A stretch of DNA of 64,000 nucleotides, from positions 8,184,855 to 8,248,854 of the forward strand of contig CAVNZM010000006.1 in assembly GCA_963693365.1 (NCBI GenBank). Direction: 5' to 3'. The notes under the pieces are model-generated. The model did no database searches, was not told the origin of the DNA, and worked only from the letters and a program-made list of their open reading frames with translations. Positions 50,400-60,398 of this stretch are shown in pieces; the stretch's first letter is position 1, and each line of letters starts with the position of its first letter. Source of the stretch: Amoebidium appalachense. Lineage: Eukaryota; Protista; Ichthyosporea. A program made the translations under genes and the position numbers.

Positions 50400-51785
50400 A
50401 TGATAAACATTGACGAGGCCGCACGTACTTCGTTTCTCAATGTTACGGATGGATTACCGCGCTTTGCCCCATCAAGCTCCATTGGTTCCTGGTGTGATAA
50501 AGATGCCATTATTGCTTTTTTGAGGACAAAGGTAGCTCGCGTTCTAAATAGCAATGTGTATGTGGTAAAAATCAACAAGGGGAGACGTACCACTTTTGAT
50601 TTCCAATCCAGGGAGGCAGTCAACGGGACTCTGTCCGCCATGAGATTCACCTATCCGAATGGGAAAAAAGACGCTGTTTACTTGGGGAAGGACTATTTAT
50701 GCGAACCCACAATAACATGGTTCAACGACGCTGTTTTTGACCCGGCTGATCTCAAGTGCGAGAAGGACGAGAACTACGCCTGCTTCAATACATATGGCGG
50801 CATGGCGTTTTCACCTATTGACGGTTTCCGAGTGGACTCACATAAAGTGGGGCCCTTTCTCTGGCACCTACACAACATTATGGCCAACGGTGACCCCATC
50901 ATGGGCGGGTTTCTTCTTAATTGGATTGCACATATCATCCAGCATCCAGGACAAAAGCCTGATAGTTGTTGTCTTTTCAAAAGTGTCCAAGGGACGGGAA
51001 AAAACATGTTTTGGAACATATTCAGCAAGTTATTGGGTCCCGCCCTGGTTGTAACCGTGAACAGCAAACACCGATTGGTTGGGAATTTCAATGCACACCT
51101 CGCGGATAAGCTGCTTGTGTTGGTCGATGAAGTGACCTTTGGGGGGGAACACACAGTCAACAACCAGCTCAAAAATATGATAACAGACACGACAATGGTT
51201 ATCGAGCGAAAAGGCATCGACCAAATGGTCCGACGGTCCTGTGAGCGCTACGTGTTTATGTCAAACGAGGACTGGCCACTGCGTGTTGAAGCCAGCGACC
51301 GCCGCTCTGCCTGCTTTGAGGTCTCACCTGCAAAAGTCAACGACACGGCATACTTCAACAACCTCTGGACACACTATGAGGATCAAGATGCTCTACACCA
51401 CCTCTTCCAATTTCTGCACCAACACCGTCCTAATGGGAATCCAATCTTGCTTTATCTCCGCCCACCGAACTCCAAGTTGAAGGAGCGTCTGAAATCGTTT
51501 TCCCGATCTGACTCTCTGTCCTTTTTGAAGGATGTTGTCATGGGGGAGGACAGCTGCGAAAGAATGGCCCTCACCGACGGAAAGTTTGTGACAGCAACCG
51601 AGATCCACCTTCATCTTCAAGAGTGGATGCGCTTAAACGGCAAGAACCCGCAGACAGCCAGCCTGCGACAAGTGGGCGAATGCCTCTCGAAGCTTTTCGG
51701 GGACAAAGTTAATGGAATGAGTTTGTTTGTCCAGGGGAGGTGTAAGGGGTACCACCTAAATTTTGAGGCCATTTTGATGGGGTGA
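50400..51785 (+). CDS. D5/NrS-1-type superfamily 3 helicase (no primase domain recognised)
   Basis: FNTYGG, LNWIAHIIQHPG.K, Walker A SVQGTGKN, FNAHL, Walker B LVLVDE, IERKG, motif C FMSN, DRR, and a C-terminal winged-helix-like region. Confidence 0.92.
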   Translation: MINIDEAARTSFLNVTDGLPRFAPSSSIGSWCDKDAIIAFLRTKVARVLNSNVYVVKINKGRRTTFDFQSREAVNGTLSAMRFTYPNGKKDAVYLGKDYLCEPTITWFNDAVFDPADLKCEKDENYACFNTYGGMAFSPIDGFRVDSHKVGPFLWHLHNIMANGDPIMGGFLLNWIAHIIQHPGQKPDSCCLFKSVQGTGKNMFWNIFSKLLGPALVVTVNSKHRLVGNFNAHLADKLLVLVDEVTFGGEHTVNNQLKNMITDTTMVIERKGIDQMVRRSCERYVFMSNEDWPLRVEASDRRSACFEVSPAKVNDTAYFNNLWTHYEDQDALHHLFQFLHQHRPNGNPILLYLRPPNSKLKERLKSFSRSDSLSFLKDVVMGEDSCERMALTDGKFVTATEIHLHLQEWMRLNGKNPQTASLRQVGECLSKLFGDKVNGMSLFVQGRCKGYHLNFEAILMG

Positions 51786-52100
51786 GTAGGATGAGTAGCT
51801 TGAGTACCTACTCATCTGGTCTCCCCCCGGGTGTTCCAATTTCCTTTTGGATTGAGATTTAGGTATACCCGTAGCCCACAGTAGATGAGTACGTACTCAT
51901 CCTACTCATCCTACTCACTATATGACAATTGCATATTTTTATACCTAAAAAGGAAACCTTTACCATATTTGGGTGAGTAACATCTAGTGGGGGAAACTTG
52001 TCTGTGTTACTCAGAATGAGTACCCTGAGTAAGATATTGTTACTCATGAAACAAATAAAAAACCATTAATTTTATGCTCAGAGTAACTTGAATTACTCAG
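51782..52100. promoter_or_regulatory. Iteron-like TGAGTA/TACTCA cluster, candidate replication origin
   Basis: 14 copies in both orientations within 320 bp directly after the helicase stop; perfect 17-bp inverted repeat 51782-51798 / 51902-51918. Confidence 0.55.
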
Positions 52101-52142
52101 GGCAAACGAAAACGTTGGCTTTTTTATTCCTTAACCTCAACG

Positions 52143-52697
52143 ATGACAGATTCTCGTGGGTGGAAGTGCAACTGGCCGGAGTGTGGACGGAACTTCAGGC
52201 AGAAGGCTCACTTGGAAACCCATCTGCGAAAACACACAGGCACCCTGTTCAAATGTGATTATCCGGAGTGTTCAGCTGCATATACAACCCCAGCTTCGTT
52301 GTCAACACACATGTGGAAACACAAGTCAGAAAAACCCTTTATTTGCAGCGATTGTGGCAAGGATTTTATACATCCAAGTTCATATCGTGTGCATCAGAGA
52401 TCGCATTCTGGCGGGAACTCTTTCAGATGTGATTATATGGGATGCAGCAAATCATACCGGCACAAGGCCAGTTTGACCGTCCACCAAAGAGTGCACACGG
52501 GCGTAAGACCATATTCCTGCCATATCTGCGCTGCCACTTTTCATACTCGATCCTCGTGGAGTCATCACGAGCGAGCACACAAACAATTGGTCGAAACAAG
52601 CAAAGTTGTGGATGGCATTCCACAAAATTTTACCCTTACGTGCTATGTAGGTGGCACAGGTCTTGCGGAACTCGTGGGCGCGCTTCCCAGGGAGTAG
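52143..52697 (+). CDS. C2H2 zinc-finger protein (5 fingers)
   Basis: Five CxxC/CxxxxC...HxxxH units with HTG/SEKPF/TGVRPY linkers. Confidence 0.93.
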   Translation: MTDSRGWKCNWPECGRNFRQKAHLETHLRKHTGTLFKCDYPECSAAYTTPASLSTHMWKHKSEKPFICSDCGKDFIHPSSYRVHQRSHSGGNSFRCDYMGCSKSYRHKASLTVHQRVHTGVRPYSCHICAATFHTRSSWSHHERAHKQLVETSKVVDGIPQNFTLTCYVGGTGLAELVGALPRE

Positions 52698-52942
52698 GTA
52701 GATGATCTCGAGGAGGTCACGGAATGAAGCCACTGGGGTGAGCTTCCCCACTCCATTGATGCGAAGTTGGCCTCGCGGGCGAGAAGGGTGGGGGGGATCA
52801 TTTCTCTGAAAAATAAACAAATTTGTGCGTGCATACACAGGCATGCGCTCGGAGGACACCTTGGGGGTGGCCCTGCTTATATACGCGTGCTGCACCATCC
52901 GGGGCGCAGTCGCACACACACACGCACTGCGTGATACCTGCA

Positions 52943-53461
52943 TTATTCTCTACACTGCCGCCTATTTTTCTGTACTGATTCATATAACTGCAGCGACAGA
53001 ATGTCGCACCCCATGTCATGCCAAAGGAAGTCCTTCAAAAAGTCGATTCGCAGAAGGGTTGTTCGTTTTCTCTTTGCCTCCATGGGGACAGCTCGTCCCT
53101 CGCTCATGCCCTCCTCCTCCGTCGGATCCCTCGGTGGCAGCAGCGACAGCGTGGTGTCCCAGCGCTCCCAGGTCAGCCGAAACGACTTGCCCCAATCCAG
53201 GTCGATGGTCACCGCATCCCCGGCCCCCTCCAGTGGACACGTCGAAAACACCAGGTGGTTGAGTCCAGTCCTGTTCGACGTTTCCACCGACTGCAGCGGC
53301 AGCATCGTGTCCGACAGCATCGTGTCGCCCTTGCCGAGTCTTGCGTGGAGCTGTAGCGGCCGGCTTGCCACCCTCCCGGCGCCGTTCGAGTCGAACGTCA
53401 TGTTGGATACAAGCAGCGACAGCCGATTGACAAATAGCTTCAGGTCCTGCTCAAAAGCCAT
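52943..53461 (-). CDS. Hypothetical protein (172 aa)
   Basis: ATG (MAFEQDLK) about 55 bp downstream of GGGTATAAAAGC (53512-53523, minus strand); normal globular composition. Confidence 0.65.
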   Translation of the reverse strand: MAFEQDLKLFVNRLSLLVSNMTFDSNGAGRVASRPLQLHARLGKGDTMLSDTMLPLQSVETSNRTGLNHLVFSTCPLEGAGDAVTIDLDWGKSFRLTWERWDTTLSLLPPRDPTEEEGMSEGRAVPMEAKRKRTTLLRIDFLKDFLWHDMGCDILSLQLYESVQKNRRQCRE

Positions 53462-54489
53462 GGTCGGTTCTGGTGCAGATTCAGACTGGCAGCTCCCCGT
53501 GTCAGACACACGCTTTTATACCCTCCAGAGTCCCCGCCTGCGTTGGCGCACACTCATTCGCAAGGTGCCAGTTCTCGAGGCGCTGCATGACCACGAGTGC
53601 GCGCTTGCGTGTTTCGGCGTGTGTGTACGTGGGCCCGAATCGGAGTGTGAGGTGCTGAGCGTGCGCTGTTACACAAGCATGTGGACCGCAGGTGTGCGAC
53701 CGGGAGACATTGTGGTGGCGTGCGAGATCAAGCGCGCAGAATCCGGGTGGCGCAAGGTGTCCCTCGAGCTCGAGGAGGGCGCGTGGACCAGCAACCAGTG
53801 TGCGGCTGGGTGTAAGAGGAGGAAATGGTTTCACAGGGGTTGTGCAGGGCAAGCGCCCAAAATTTTGGGGTAGAGGTCATGCCAAAACAAAGAGGTCAGT
53901 CCAAAAAGAGGGGTCACAGACGTGCAAGGAAGTACGTGTTTGCCAACGAGTTCATGCCAAAATACCGGAGGCTGGCCCTTCGACAAATTGTGCGAGTAAA
54001 GCGAAAAACGCACTGAGATTTATTCTGTCGACATCGATGTTGGAAAAATCACATACCATTATGCACATAACCACCCACCCGAATTTACCCCTAAAGTTTG
54101 ACAACCCGAGATTACATCAATGACAAATATACAAGTGATCGAACCCGAGATTACATCAATGACAAATATACGATTCTACAACAACCCCGAATGAATTCTA
54201 TCACTTGAAAGCACTGGCATGGCATGACCGTAGCGCCATTCGATTGGATATCTCGCTAGATTACGCCTCACGCGCTGATTGGTCAGCCGCGATTGGATCG
54301 TAAATATAAATTCCGATTGGATCATGTGGTTACATCTCATGGTAAGTAAATTTTGATTCCATCAGATAAATCATGTCCATCCAATCAAAACGCGACAGCT
54401 GTCAGCCTTGCCCTGCCTGGCAGGTATAAAATGCCGCGACTCAGCGCTATGCTGACACTTTCCACTCTTCCTGTTTCTCTTCACCAACA

Positions 54490-54966
54490 ATGTCCGGCAC
54501 ACCATCTGCAAAGGCCGGCCCTGACCCAGCCGGGCAGCCTGCCAGTCCACGGCCCCCAGGGTCATTTGCCACGTGGCCTCCCGAATGGCAGCAGTACCTG
54601 TACGAGGAGGCAAAGCGCGACCGCTACCGTGCGCGCGCCAGCGAGCGGGAGATGCAGCTCAAGTACAAGTTGCTGCACAAGAAGTACAAGCGCCTCAAGA
54701 CCAGCGTGAGCCTGTACCGTATGACATGGAGGAGCCTGAAGAACCTCAGCGACCCCGAGACCTCCGCCGAGGAGTCCCCCACCGAGGAGCGCCCCATTCG
54801 CATCTTGAGCTCCGAGGAGGAGCGCCTCCACAAGAAGCCCCCCGAGAAGAAGCGCGCGCGGTCGCCCGAGGACACTTCGGCGCCCACCGAGAAGAAGCGC
54901 GCGCGGTCGCCCGAGGACACTTCGGTGCCCACCGAGAAGCGCAGCCGTGCTGGACACGAGGAGTAA
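54490..54966 (+). CDS. Hypothetical basic protein with coiled coil and EKKRARSPEDTS repeats (NLS-like)
   Basis: 158-aa ATG ORF, GGTATAAAA at 54423, a GATTGG cluster at 54240-54385, and AATAAA overlapping the stop. Confidence 0.8.
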   Translation: MSGTPSAKAGPDPAGQPASPRPPGSFATWPPEWQQYLYEEAKRDRYRARASEREMQLKYKLLHKKYKRLKTSVSLYRMTWRSLKNLSDPETSAEESPTEERPIRILSSEEERLHKKPPEKKRARSPEDTSAPTEKKRARSPEDTSVPTEKRSRAGHEE

Positions 54967-55376
54967 ATAAAAATTGCCACTTCCTCTTCCACACCTGTGT
55001 TGTGGACCGTAGCGCTTGCATGCATGGTGCTGCTCGCACTGCTTGCCGCGTGCTGGCGCTCAGGGGGGGGGGGGGGGGTCTTGTTGTTTGTGTTAATGCA
55101 CCCACAGCGTGCCCTTTGTGACACTTGCAGTGGGTTGTTGTTGTTGCCTTTTACAACCACCGCTCTGGACACAAGATCGAACAGCTATCAAATTGACCAT
55201 ATATATGACAAAGAAAAACAAGGTTGCCAAAGATCATTGTAGCAGTGCGTCCTCCGTCTTGGCGCGCCCTACGTCCCAGCGGTTTTTAGGTTCCATTAGC
55301 ACTGCGATGCATAATCTCTGTGTGTGCTCCCCGAGTTGCTGGGGAGGGGGCGCTCCAAACTATCTCTTTGGAAGGT

Positions 55377-55631
55377 ATGACTTCTCCGAACATTGCAAAC
55401 CTGAGATTTGACAACCCGAGTAACTCGTGGGTGCGCAGGGATGACATTGCCGCCGACCCGCACGAGTACCACCTGACCATCGACAACAACACGCGCTTCA
55501 TGCTCTACATGGGCACTTCATTGGACGACCATGATGCACAGCTCAAGAGCGCTTCGATGTGGAGGGGCATAGCGCTTGCATGCATGGTGCTGCTCGTGCT
55601 GCTCGCTGGCCTGCTGGTGTACAGGTGGTAG
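55377..55631 (+). CDS. Small protein with C-terminal transmembrane anchor (84 aa)
   Basis: ATG ORF ending IALACMVLLVLLAGLLVYRW; the TM-coding stretch is partly duplicated at about 55010-55060. Confidence 0.55.
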   Translation: MTSPNIANLRFDNPSNSWVRRDDIAADPHEYHLTIDNNTRFMLYMGTSLDDHDAQLKSASMWRGIALACMVLLVLLAGLLVYRW

Positions 55632-55849
55632 GGGGGGGGGGGGGGGGGGGGGAGCTCAGGTGGGCTGGTTGTTGCAGCGGTTGAAGCTGTTGAACCGTTG
55701 AGGCTGGGCGGGTCAACCCATACACACACAGACCTATCCCACTTCTCTATTGAATACCCCACCTTCAACAGCTTCAACAGCTTCAATTCTTCAACAAGGG
55801 TATAAAAGGAGCAGGCATGCTTTATTTTCTTCAGTCTATTGTAAGCATC

Positions 55850-57301
55850 ATGAGTGCGCCACCATCTTATGATGCATTTGAGGATCTTACGGTTGACCAC
55901 AGCATGTTGTTTGATCCCCACACATGTGTCCAACGCTCACATTGGACTATGGATGAGGTGTTTGCCTTTTTGAGCCCAAACATCGCATATGTCAGTAGGG
56001 AAGGTGCCTATCTCGTCAAGATTTATGACCAGGACACGAACCTGTACAAACACCATCGCAAAACAAAGGCTGCACTCCAAGAGTTTTTGGGTGCCTTTCT
56101 ATTCCAGCTCGTCCCTGGTGCAAATGGCAAACAGGACACGTACAACGGCGCAAACGTGTTGAAAACACCATGCTTTCCATACTACACCTGTTTTGTTTTC
56201 GACCCGTCATCTCCAGACCCACGCACCGGAAACACCAAGCCAGCCTACCTTGTCCAACGTTGCCGGGCATACAACATGTTCAAGGGGTTGGCCGTTCCCC
56301 ATCAACCCGAGAACATTTCTTGGCAGTCGGGTTCTGTTTCCTTGTTCGAACGTCATGCCTTTGAGGTTCTTTGTAACAACGACCGGGAGAGCTTTCACTA
56401 TCTGATGCAATGGGTCGCACACATCTTCCAGTATCCGGAAGTCAAGTCCGGGACAGCAATTCTCATGAGGTCGATTCAGGGAATAGGGAAAAACATCTGG
56501 TGGGAGATCATCGCCAACATCATTGGCAGCTGTTATTGCGGTTATATCACACACAGAGAGCATTTGGAGGGCAAGTTCAATGCACATCTGGAGAACAAGC
56601 TACTGGTTGTGTGCGACGAAATGGGTCTAGGCAGTAACAGGGAAATTGCGAATCTGATGAAGGCTCGCATCACCCAACAGGTAAACATGATTGAACGGAA
56701 GGGGCATGATGCCGTGTGTGTGAAGAGTTTTGAACGCTATGTCTGGCTTTCAAACGAGAAATGGCCCGTTCGTGTGGAGGAATCAGATCGTCGTTGGGTA
56801 TGTTTGCAGGGGACTCCAGTGGTCTATCCAAGAGCCTACTACCAGAACTTTACACGCTTCTACGAAGACCCGGCAAACCTACAGGCTGTGTGCGATTACT
56901 TCATGAAGATGCCGAATGTTCCCCGTGTTCTTCCGCTTCCACCCAAGACCGAGCTCTGGTGCGAACTGCGTGAAATGACACAGCCAGATGAACTCCTGTT
57001 TCTCAAAGACATGGCGACAGGCGCAGAGGGCATGTCTATCGAGCAACTTCCCAACGGGGCCCGTGTTACAGCCACCACAATGCTGCATCTGTACAAGGAG
57101 TGGCTTTCACTCAACGGCAAGACCAAGAGCATCCCGTACGCCAGTGTGAAGAGCATGGGCTCCATGCTGGGCAAGATACTTGGACCCAACAAAGGGGTGC
57201 GGAACAACCACCTGACTGTTGCACCTGGGATGCCTGCGCTGTCCTCGACTGGAACGTCGTATGCTTTTGTGTTCGACCATGAGAAGATCAAACAGGCTTA
57301 G
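55850..57301 (+). CDS. Second D5/NrS-1-type SF3 helicase (divergent paralogue)
   Basis: YNMFKG, MQWVAHIFQYP..K, Walker A SIQGIGKN, FNAHL, Walker B LVVCDE, IERKG, WLSN, DRR; GGGTATAAAAGG at 55798. Confidence 0.92.
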   Translation: MSAPPSYDAFEDLTVDHSMLFDPHTCVQRSHWTMDEVFAFLSPNIAYVSREGAYLVKIYDQDTNLYKHHRKTKAALQEFLGAFLFQLVPGANGKQDTYNGANVLKTPCFPYYTCFVFDPSSPDPRTGNTKPAYLVQRCRAYNMFKGLAVPHQPENISWQSGSVSLFERHAFEVLCNNDRESFHYLMQWVAHIFQYPEVKSGTAILMRSIQGIGKNIWWEIIANIIGSCYCGYITHREHLEGKFNAHLENKLLVVCDEMGLGSNREIANLMKARITQQVNMIERKGHDAVCVKSFERYVWLSNEKWPVRVEESDRRWVCLQGTPVVYPRAYYQNFTRFYEDPANLQAVCDYFMKMPNVPRVLPLPPKTELWCELREMTQPDELLFLKDMATGAEGMSIEQLPNGARVTATTMLHLYKEWLSLNGKTKSIPYASVKSMGSMLGKILGPNKGVRNNHLTVAPGMPALSSTGTSYAFVFDHEKIKQA

Positions 57302-57476
57302 ACGATCCTCAACGCTGCGCCCGGGCCTGGGTGGCTGGGAGGGGCAGGCGAGGCACGCACGGCCCCAGGAGGCGGATGTGGCACGTGCGCTGGTGAGACA
57401 CACGAGCCACCCCCAGCCACACATGCCCCTAATTGATATACAGGGCATGGTTCGTTTTTTTCTAGCGCCAACTACA

Positions 57477-58169
57477 ATGGCTAGTCCACGTGACGAAGCG
57501 TGGGTGAGGGAGCGACTTATGCGACTGGAGGGTGGGAAGAGCGAGGTGTATACTCCCGCCGGTAGGATCGACCTGCTGACGGACACGGATGTCATTGAAG
57601 TGAAGAAGGTTCAATATTGGAAATCGGCGATGGGGCAGGTACTTGCATACAAAGACCACTACCCCACCCATCGTGCGCGAGTCCATCTATATGGCTATGC
57701 CTCCGCTGACACGTACAAGGTAGCTGTGGAGACCATGATGCGTCATAACATCACCGTAACGGCAGAACATGATACACTGCAGCATATATGGGGTCCACAC
57801 CCCAAATCAGAAACTACAAAGCCCAAGAATGCCCAGAGGAAGCAAGTAGAACGGCAATTTTTAAGAGATTTGCTCTCCCATACCAACGGATGTGAGGACA
57901 TGACTTTTATAAAGGATAGCTGCTTGGTGAGATCATCGGGGCTGTACCAGCTATACCTTTCATGGCATAAACTGAATCTCTCTTCCACAGCGGCTCCAAG
58001 TTTAAAAATCTTCGGCATGACCCTCAGGAAGATTTTGGGAAAACCCAAAGCTGCCAAAGTGAAAAGAGTTACGCGCTGGCCAGACCACCCTCGCGTGTCC
58101 GAAACAAACAAGGTTGTCTATTGCTACAGGATCGATGGTCAGGTCATCAACAGCCCGGAGCAGCAGTAG
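57477..58169 (+). CDS. PD-(D/E)XK-like nuclease fused to a helicase-type C-terminal winged-helix-like domain
   Basis: EVYTPAGRIDLLTDTDVIEVK...WKSAMGQVLAY motif; the C-terminal FLRDLL...LYLSW.KLN...SLKIFGMTLRKILG aligns by eye with both helicase tails. Confidence 0.8.
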   Translation: MASPRDEAWVRERLMRLEGGKSEVYTPAGRIDLLTDTDVIEVKKVQYWKSAMGQVLAYKDHYPTHRARVHLYGYASADTYKVAVETMMRHNITVTAEHDTLQHIWGPHPKSETTKPKNAQRKQVERQFLRDLLSHTNGCEDMTFIKDSCLVRSSGLYQLYLSWHKLNLSSTAAPSLKIFGMTLRKILGKPKAAKVKRVTRWPDHPRVSETNKVVYCYRIDGQVINSPEQQ

Positions 58170-58205
58170 CCGTTGGAAATTATTTTCTCCCCCCTCAATA
58201 ACACC

Positions 58206-58467
58206 ATGTATCTGTGTACGTGCAAGACCCCCCAAGGCATCATGGTCCGCCCGTACAAGGTGTATCGGTGCACAGTCGACGGTTGCGGCTACTTCCACCA
58301 CCCGCAACAGCAACTTTGCGGCGCACAGCGACAGGCATGCGGGGATTCTGCGGCACGTGTGCGCGCATGCGGGGTGCGGGCGGCAGTTTCGGTATGCCTT
58401 GAGCCTCAAGCGGCACATGCAGCAGCACACCAAAGAACCGGGGAGCCCGAATCGGACCCGAAACTAG
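58206..58467 (+). pseudogene. Frameshifted two-finger C2H2 gene
   Basis: YRCTVDGCGY in one frame continues as NFAAHSDRH...CAHAGCGRQFRYALSLKRHMQQH in another, with the shift near 58295. Confidence 0.65.
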
Positions 58468-58623
58468 CGCGGGTGGCTGGGAGGGGCACGCGAGGCACAG
58501 GAGGCACGCGTGGCACGTGCGCCACAGGAGCCCCTCCCGGCCACCCCCAGCCCCCCAGGCCCCCAGGCCCCAGCCCGGATGGGTGACCGAGGACGACAGA
58601 TATGGACCCGACTCGGGGTGGGT

Positions 58624-59499
58624 TTATTGACGCGCCGCGGCGGCCCAGGCAGCAAACGCCGTGCGGCCATCCACAAGCGCCTGCGCGACCTTCCCGGGGT
58701 CGACGTCCATGGGCGACGCAAACAGCCTCCGCTCCGGAGCGACCACCACGAGGCGGTCTCCGAGGCGGGTGCGGAGGTTGGCGAACTCGGTGGCCGCTAG
58801 CTCGGTGCCCGAGTCACGCTGCAGAGCATAGCAGAGCTCCATGCCCGTTTTTGGCACGGATTCTGCGGGGCAGTGCGCCAGCGAGTCGCACAGCACCGTG
58901 ACGTAGATGCCGTCGAACCCATCTGCGGCATCCTCGAGTGCCTTGGTGAGGGGCACCAGCTCAGAGACCCCGCCGTCCAGAAACACGGTGCCGTCGTACT
59001 CGACGGGGGGGACCGCGAGTGGAAGGGCCGAAGACGCACGCATGCCGACCTGGTACTCGGGCCCTGTGAACCACCGCTCCTTCTTGTTGAGGAAGTCCCA
59101 GGCGACGCAGTGGCAGCGCGTGTAGATGTCCGCGTCGATGCCCTCCAGAAGCGCCGCCGCACGCTCCTGCAGGGTGAAGCGGCTGTACGCCGCCCCGTAC
59201 AGCATTGACCCCACAACAATCCTCCAGCTTTTCGGAAGCAGCGCCATTGCGCCACCCCACGGTTCCACAATGTCCTCCACGCACTTCAGCTTCCCCAGCT
59301 CGCGCGCCAGGTCGTCCAGGCGGTCGGCAACCACGAACGGCGCCACCAGCGCGCCGACGGACGTGCCGTACACCCTGTCGACCTGGTACAGCCCCGACGC
59401 GAGCATCCCCTGCATGAACCCGACTTGGAAGCAGCCCTTGACGCCGCCCCCGGGCAGCAGGATCCGCACACGTGTCCTGGCTTGGGAGGGTGTGTCCAT
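58624..59499 (-). CDS. Patatin-like phospholipase
   Basis: GGGVKG oxyanion motif, GTSVG nucleophile elbow, ASSALP, and DGG catalytic motif. Confidence 0.93.
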   Translation of the reverse strand: MDTPSQARTRVRILLPGGGVKGCFQVGFMQGMLASGLYQVDRVYGTSVGALVAPFVVADRLDDLARELGKLKCVEDIVEPWGGAMALLPKSWRIVVGSMLYGAAYSRFTLQERAAALLEGIDADIYTRCHCVAWDFLNKKERWFTGPEYQVGMRASSALPLAVPPVEYDGTVFLDGGVSELVPLTKALEDAADGFDGIYVTVLCDSLAHCPAESVPKTGMELCYALQRDSGTELAATEFANLRTRLGDRLVVVAPERRLFASPMDVDPGKVAQALVDGRTAFAAWAAAARQ

Positions 59500-59531
59500 G
59501 TTGATGTAGGGCGCGATAAGAGTTGACGGCT

Positions 59532-60398
59532 TCATTCCAGATCCAGGGCGTTGCACACCGAGACCAGGTTTGCCCTTGCGCAGTCCAGCACGAAGGCCGC
59601 CAGCTCGGAGTAGTCGTGGGGGGGCGGCTGGCTCTGCGCGGCCAGCAGCAGCGAGTGGTAGCGCTCGCGGGAGCTGCGGTCTGTGTACAACGAGAGGGGA
59701 ACGGCAATATAGGGCGAGAGCAGCACGCTGACCAACAGACGGGCGACGCGCCCGTTGCCGTTGCTGAACGGGTGGATGTAGAGGAACTCCCCGAGGAAAC
59801 GGGCGGTGACCTGTATGGCACCGAGAACGTCATTGCAGCCTTGGAGTTCGGTGCGTGTCCTTTCGAACAGACGCTTGAGAGCCTCTTCGATCTTGAACGG
59901 TGCAAGGTACTGATGACTGCAGCCTGCGGGAAGCGCAAAGCGCACCCGATACCGTCCAGCGCTATCGAGCAGCCCGTCCATGACCTTGCGATGGACCTCC
60001 CTAGCGAGCTCCACCGTAAACGTGCCTGGATCAATCCCCTTCCAAACCCACGGTGTGGGGAACAGCTCGCGAACTGCTATAACGACGTTTTTCAGTTTCT
60101 TCGATGAGCGCGTGTGTTCGGACGTTTCATCGGGGCAGGAGATCAGCCTCTCAATATGTTCGACTGGGACCTTTTCGTTTATTTCCAATTCCATCAGGTG
60201 CTTGATGTATAACACTAGGTGGTGCGTTGTGTATCCCTGCATGAACAAAGCGCTGCTCTTATCGTTATCCAAAAACGTGCGCACCAGGTGGAGGCAGCGC
60301 ACAACAGCCCCTTCGCTGAGTTGAGACATCACGGTGTTGAACCGACAGATAAAGTACCACAAACTATCAGAATCGACCTTTACGTCACACGGCAACAA
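59532..60398 (-). CDS. Fic/Doc-domain protein (start uncertain; first in-frame ATG at 60329)
   Basis: HPFSNGNGRVAR Fic motif, upstream EVHRKVM...AGRYR, downstream RERYHSLL. Confidence 0.9.
   Translation of the reverse strand: MLPCDVKVDSDSLWYFICRFNTVMSQLSEGAVVRCLHLVRTFLDNDKSSALFMQGYTTHHLVLYIKHLMELEINEKVPVEHIERLISCPDETSEHTRSSKKLKNVVIAVRELFPTPWVWKGIDPGTFTVELAREVHRKVMDGLLDSAGRYRVRFALPAGCSHQYLAPFKIEEALKRLFERTRTELQGCNDVLGAIQVTARFLGEFLYIHPFSNGNGRVARLLVSVLLSPYIAVPLSLYTDRSSRERYHSLLLAAQSQPPPHDYSELAAFVLDCARANLVSVCNALDLE

Noticed and set aside
53001-53873. 290-aa plus-strand ORF
   Set aside because: Largely antisense to the 52943-53461 gene, which has the shared promoter motif; no recognisable domain. 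Its 3' part could be a decayed gene but I cannot support that.
54103-54171. Short direct duplication (aacccgagattacatcaatgacaaatatac)
   Set aside because: Two copies only and no further structure; most likely slippage.
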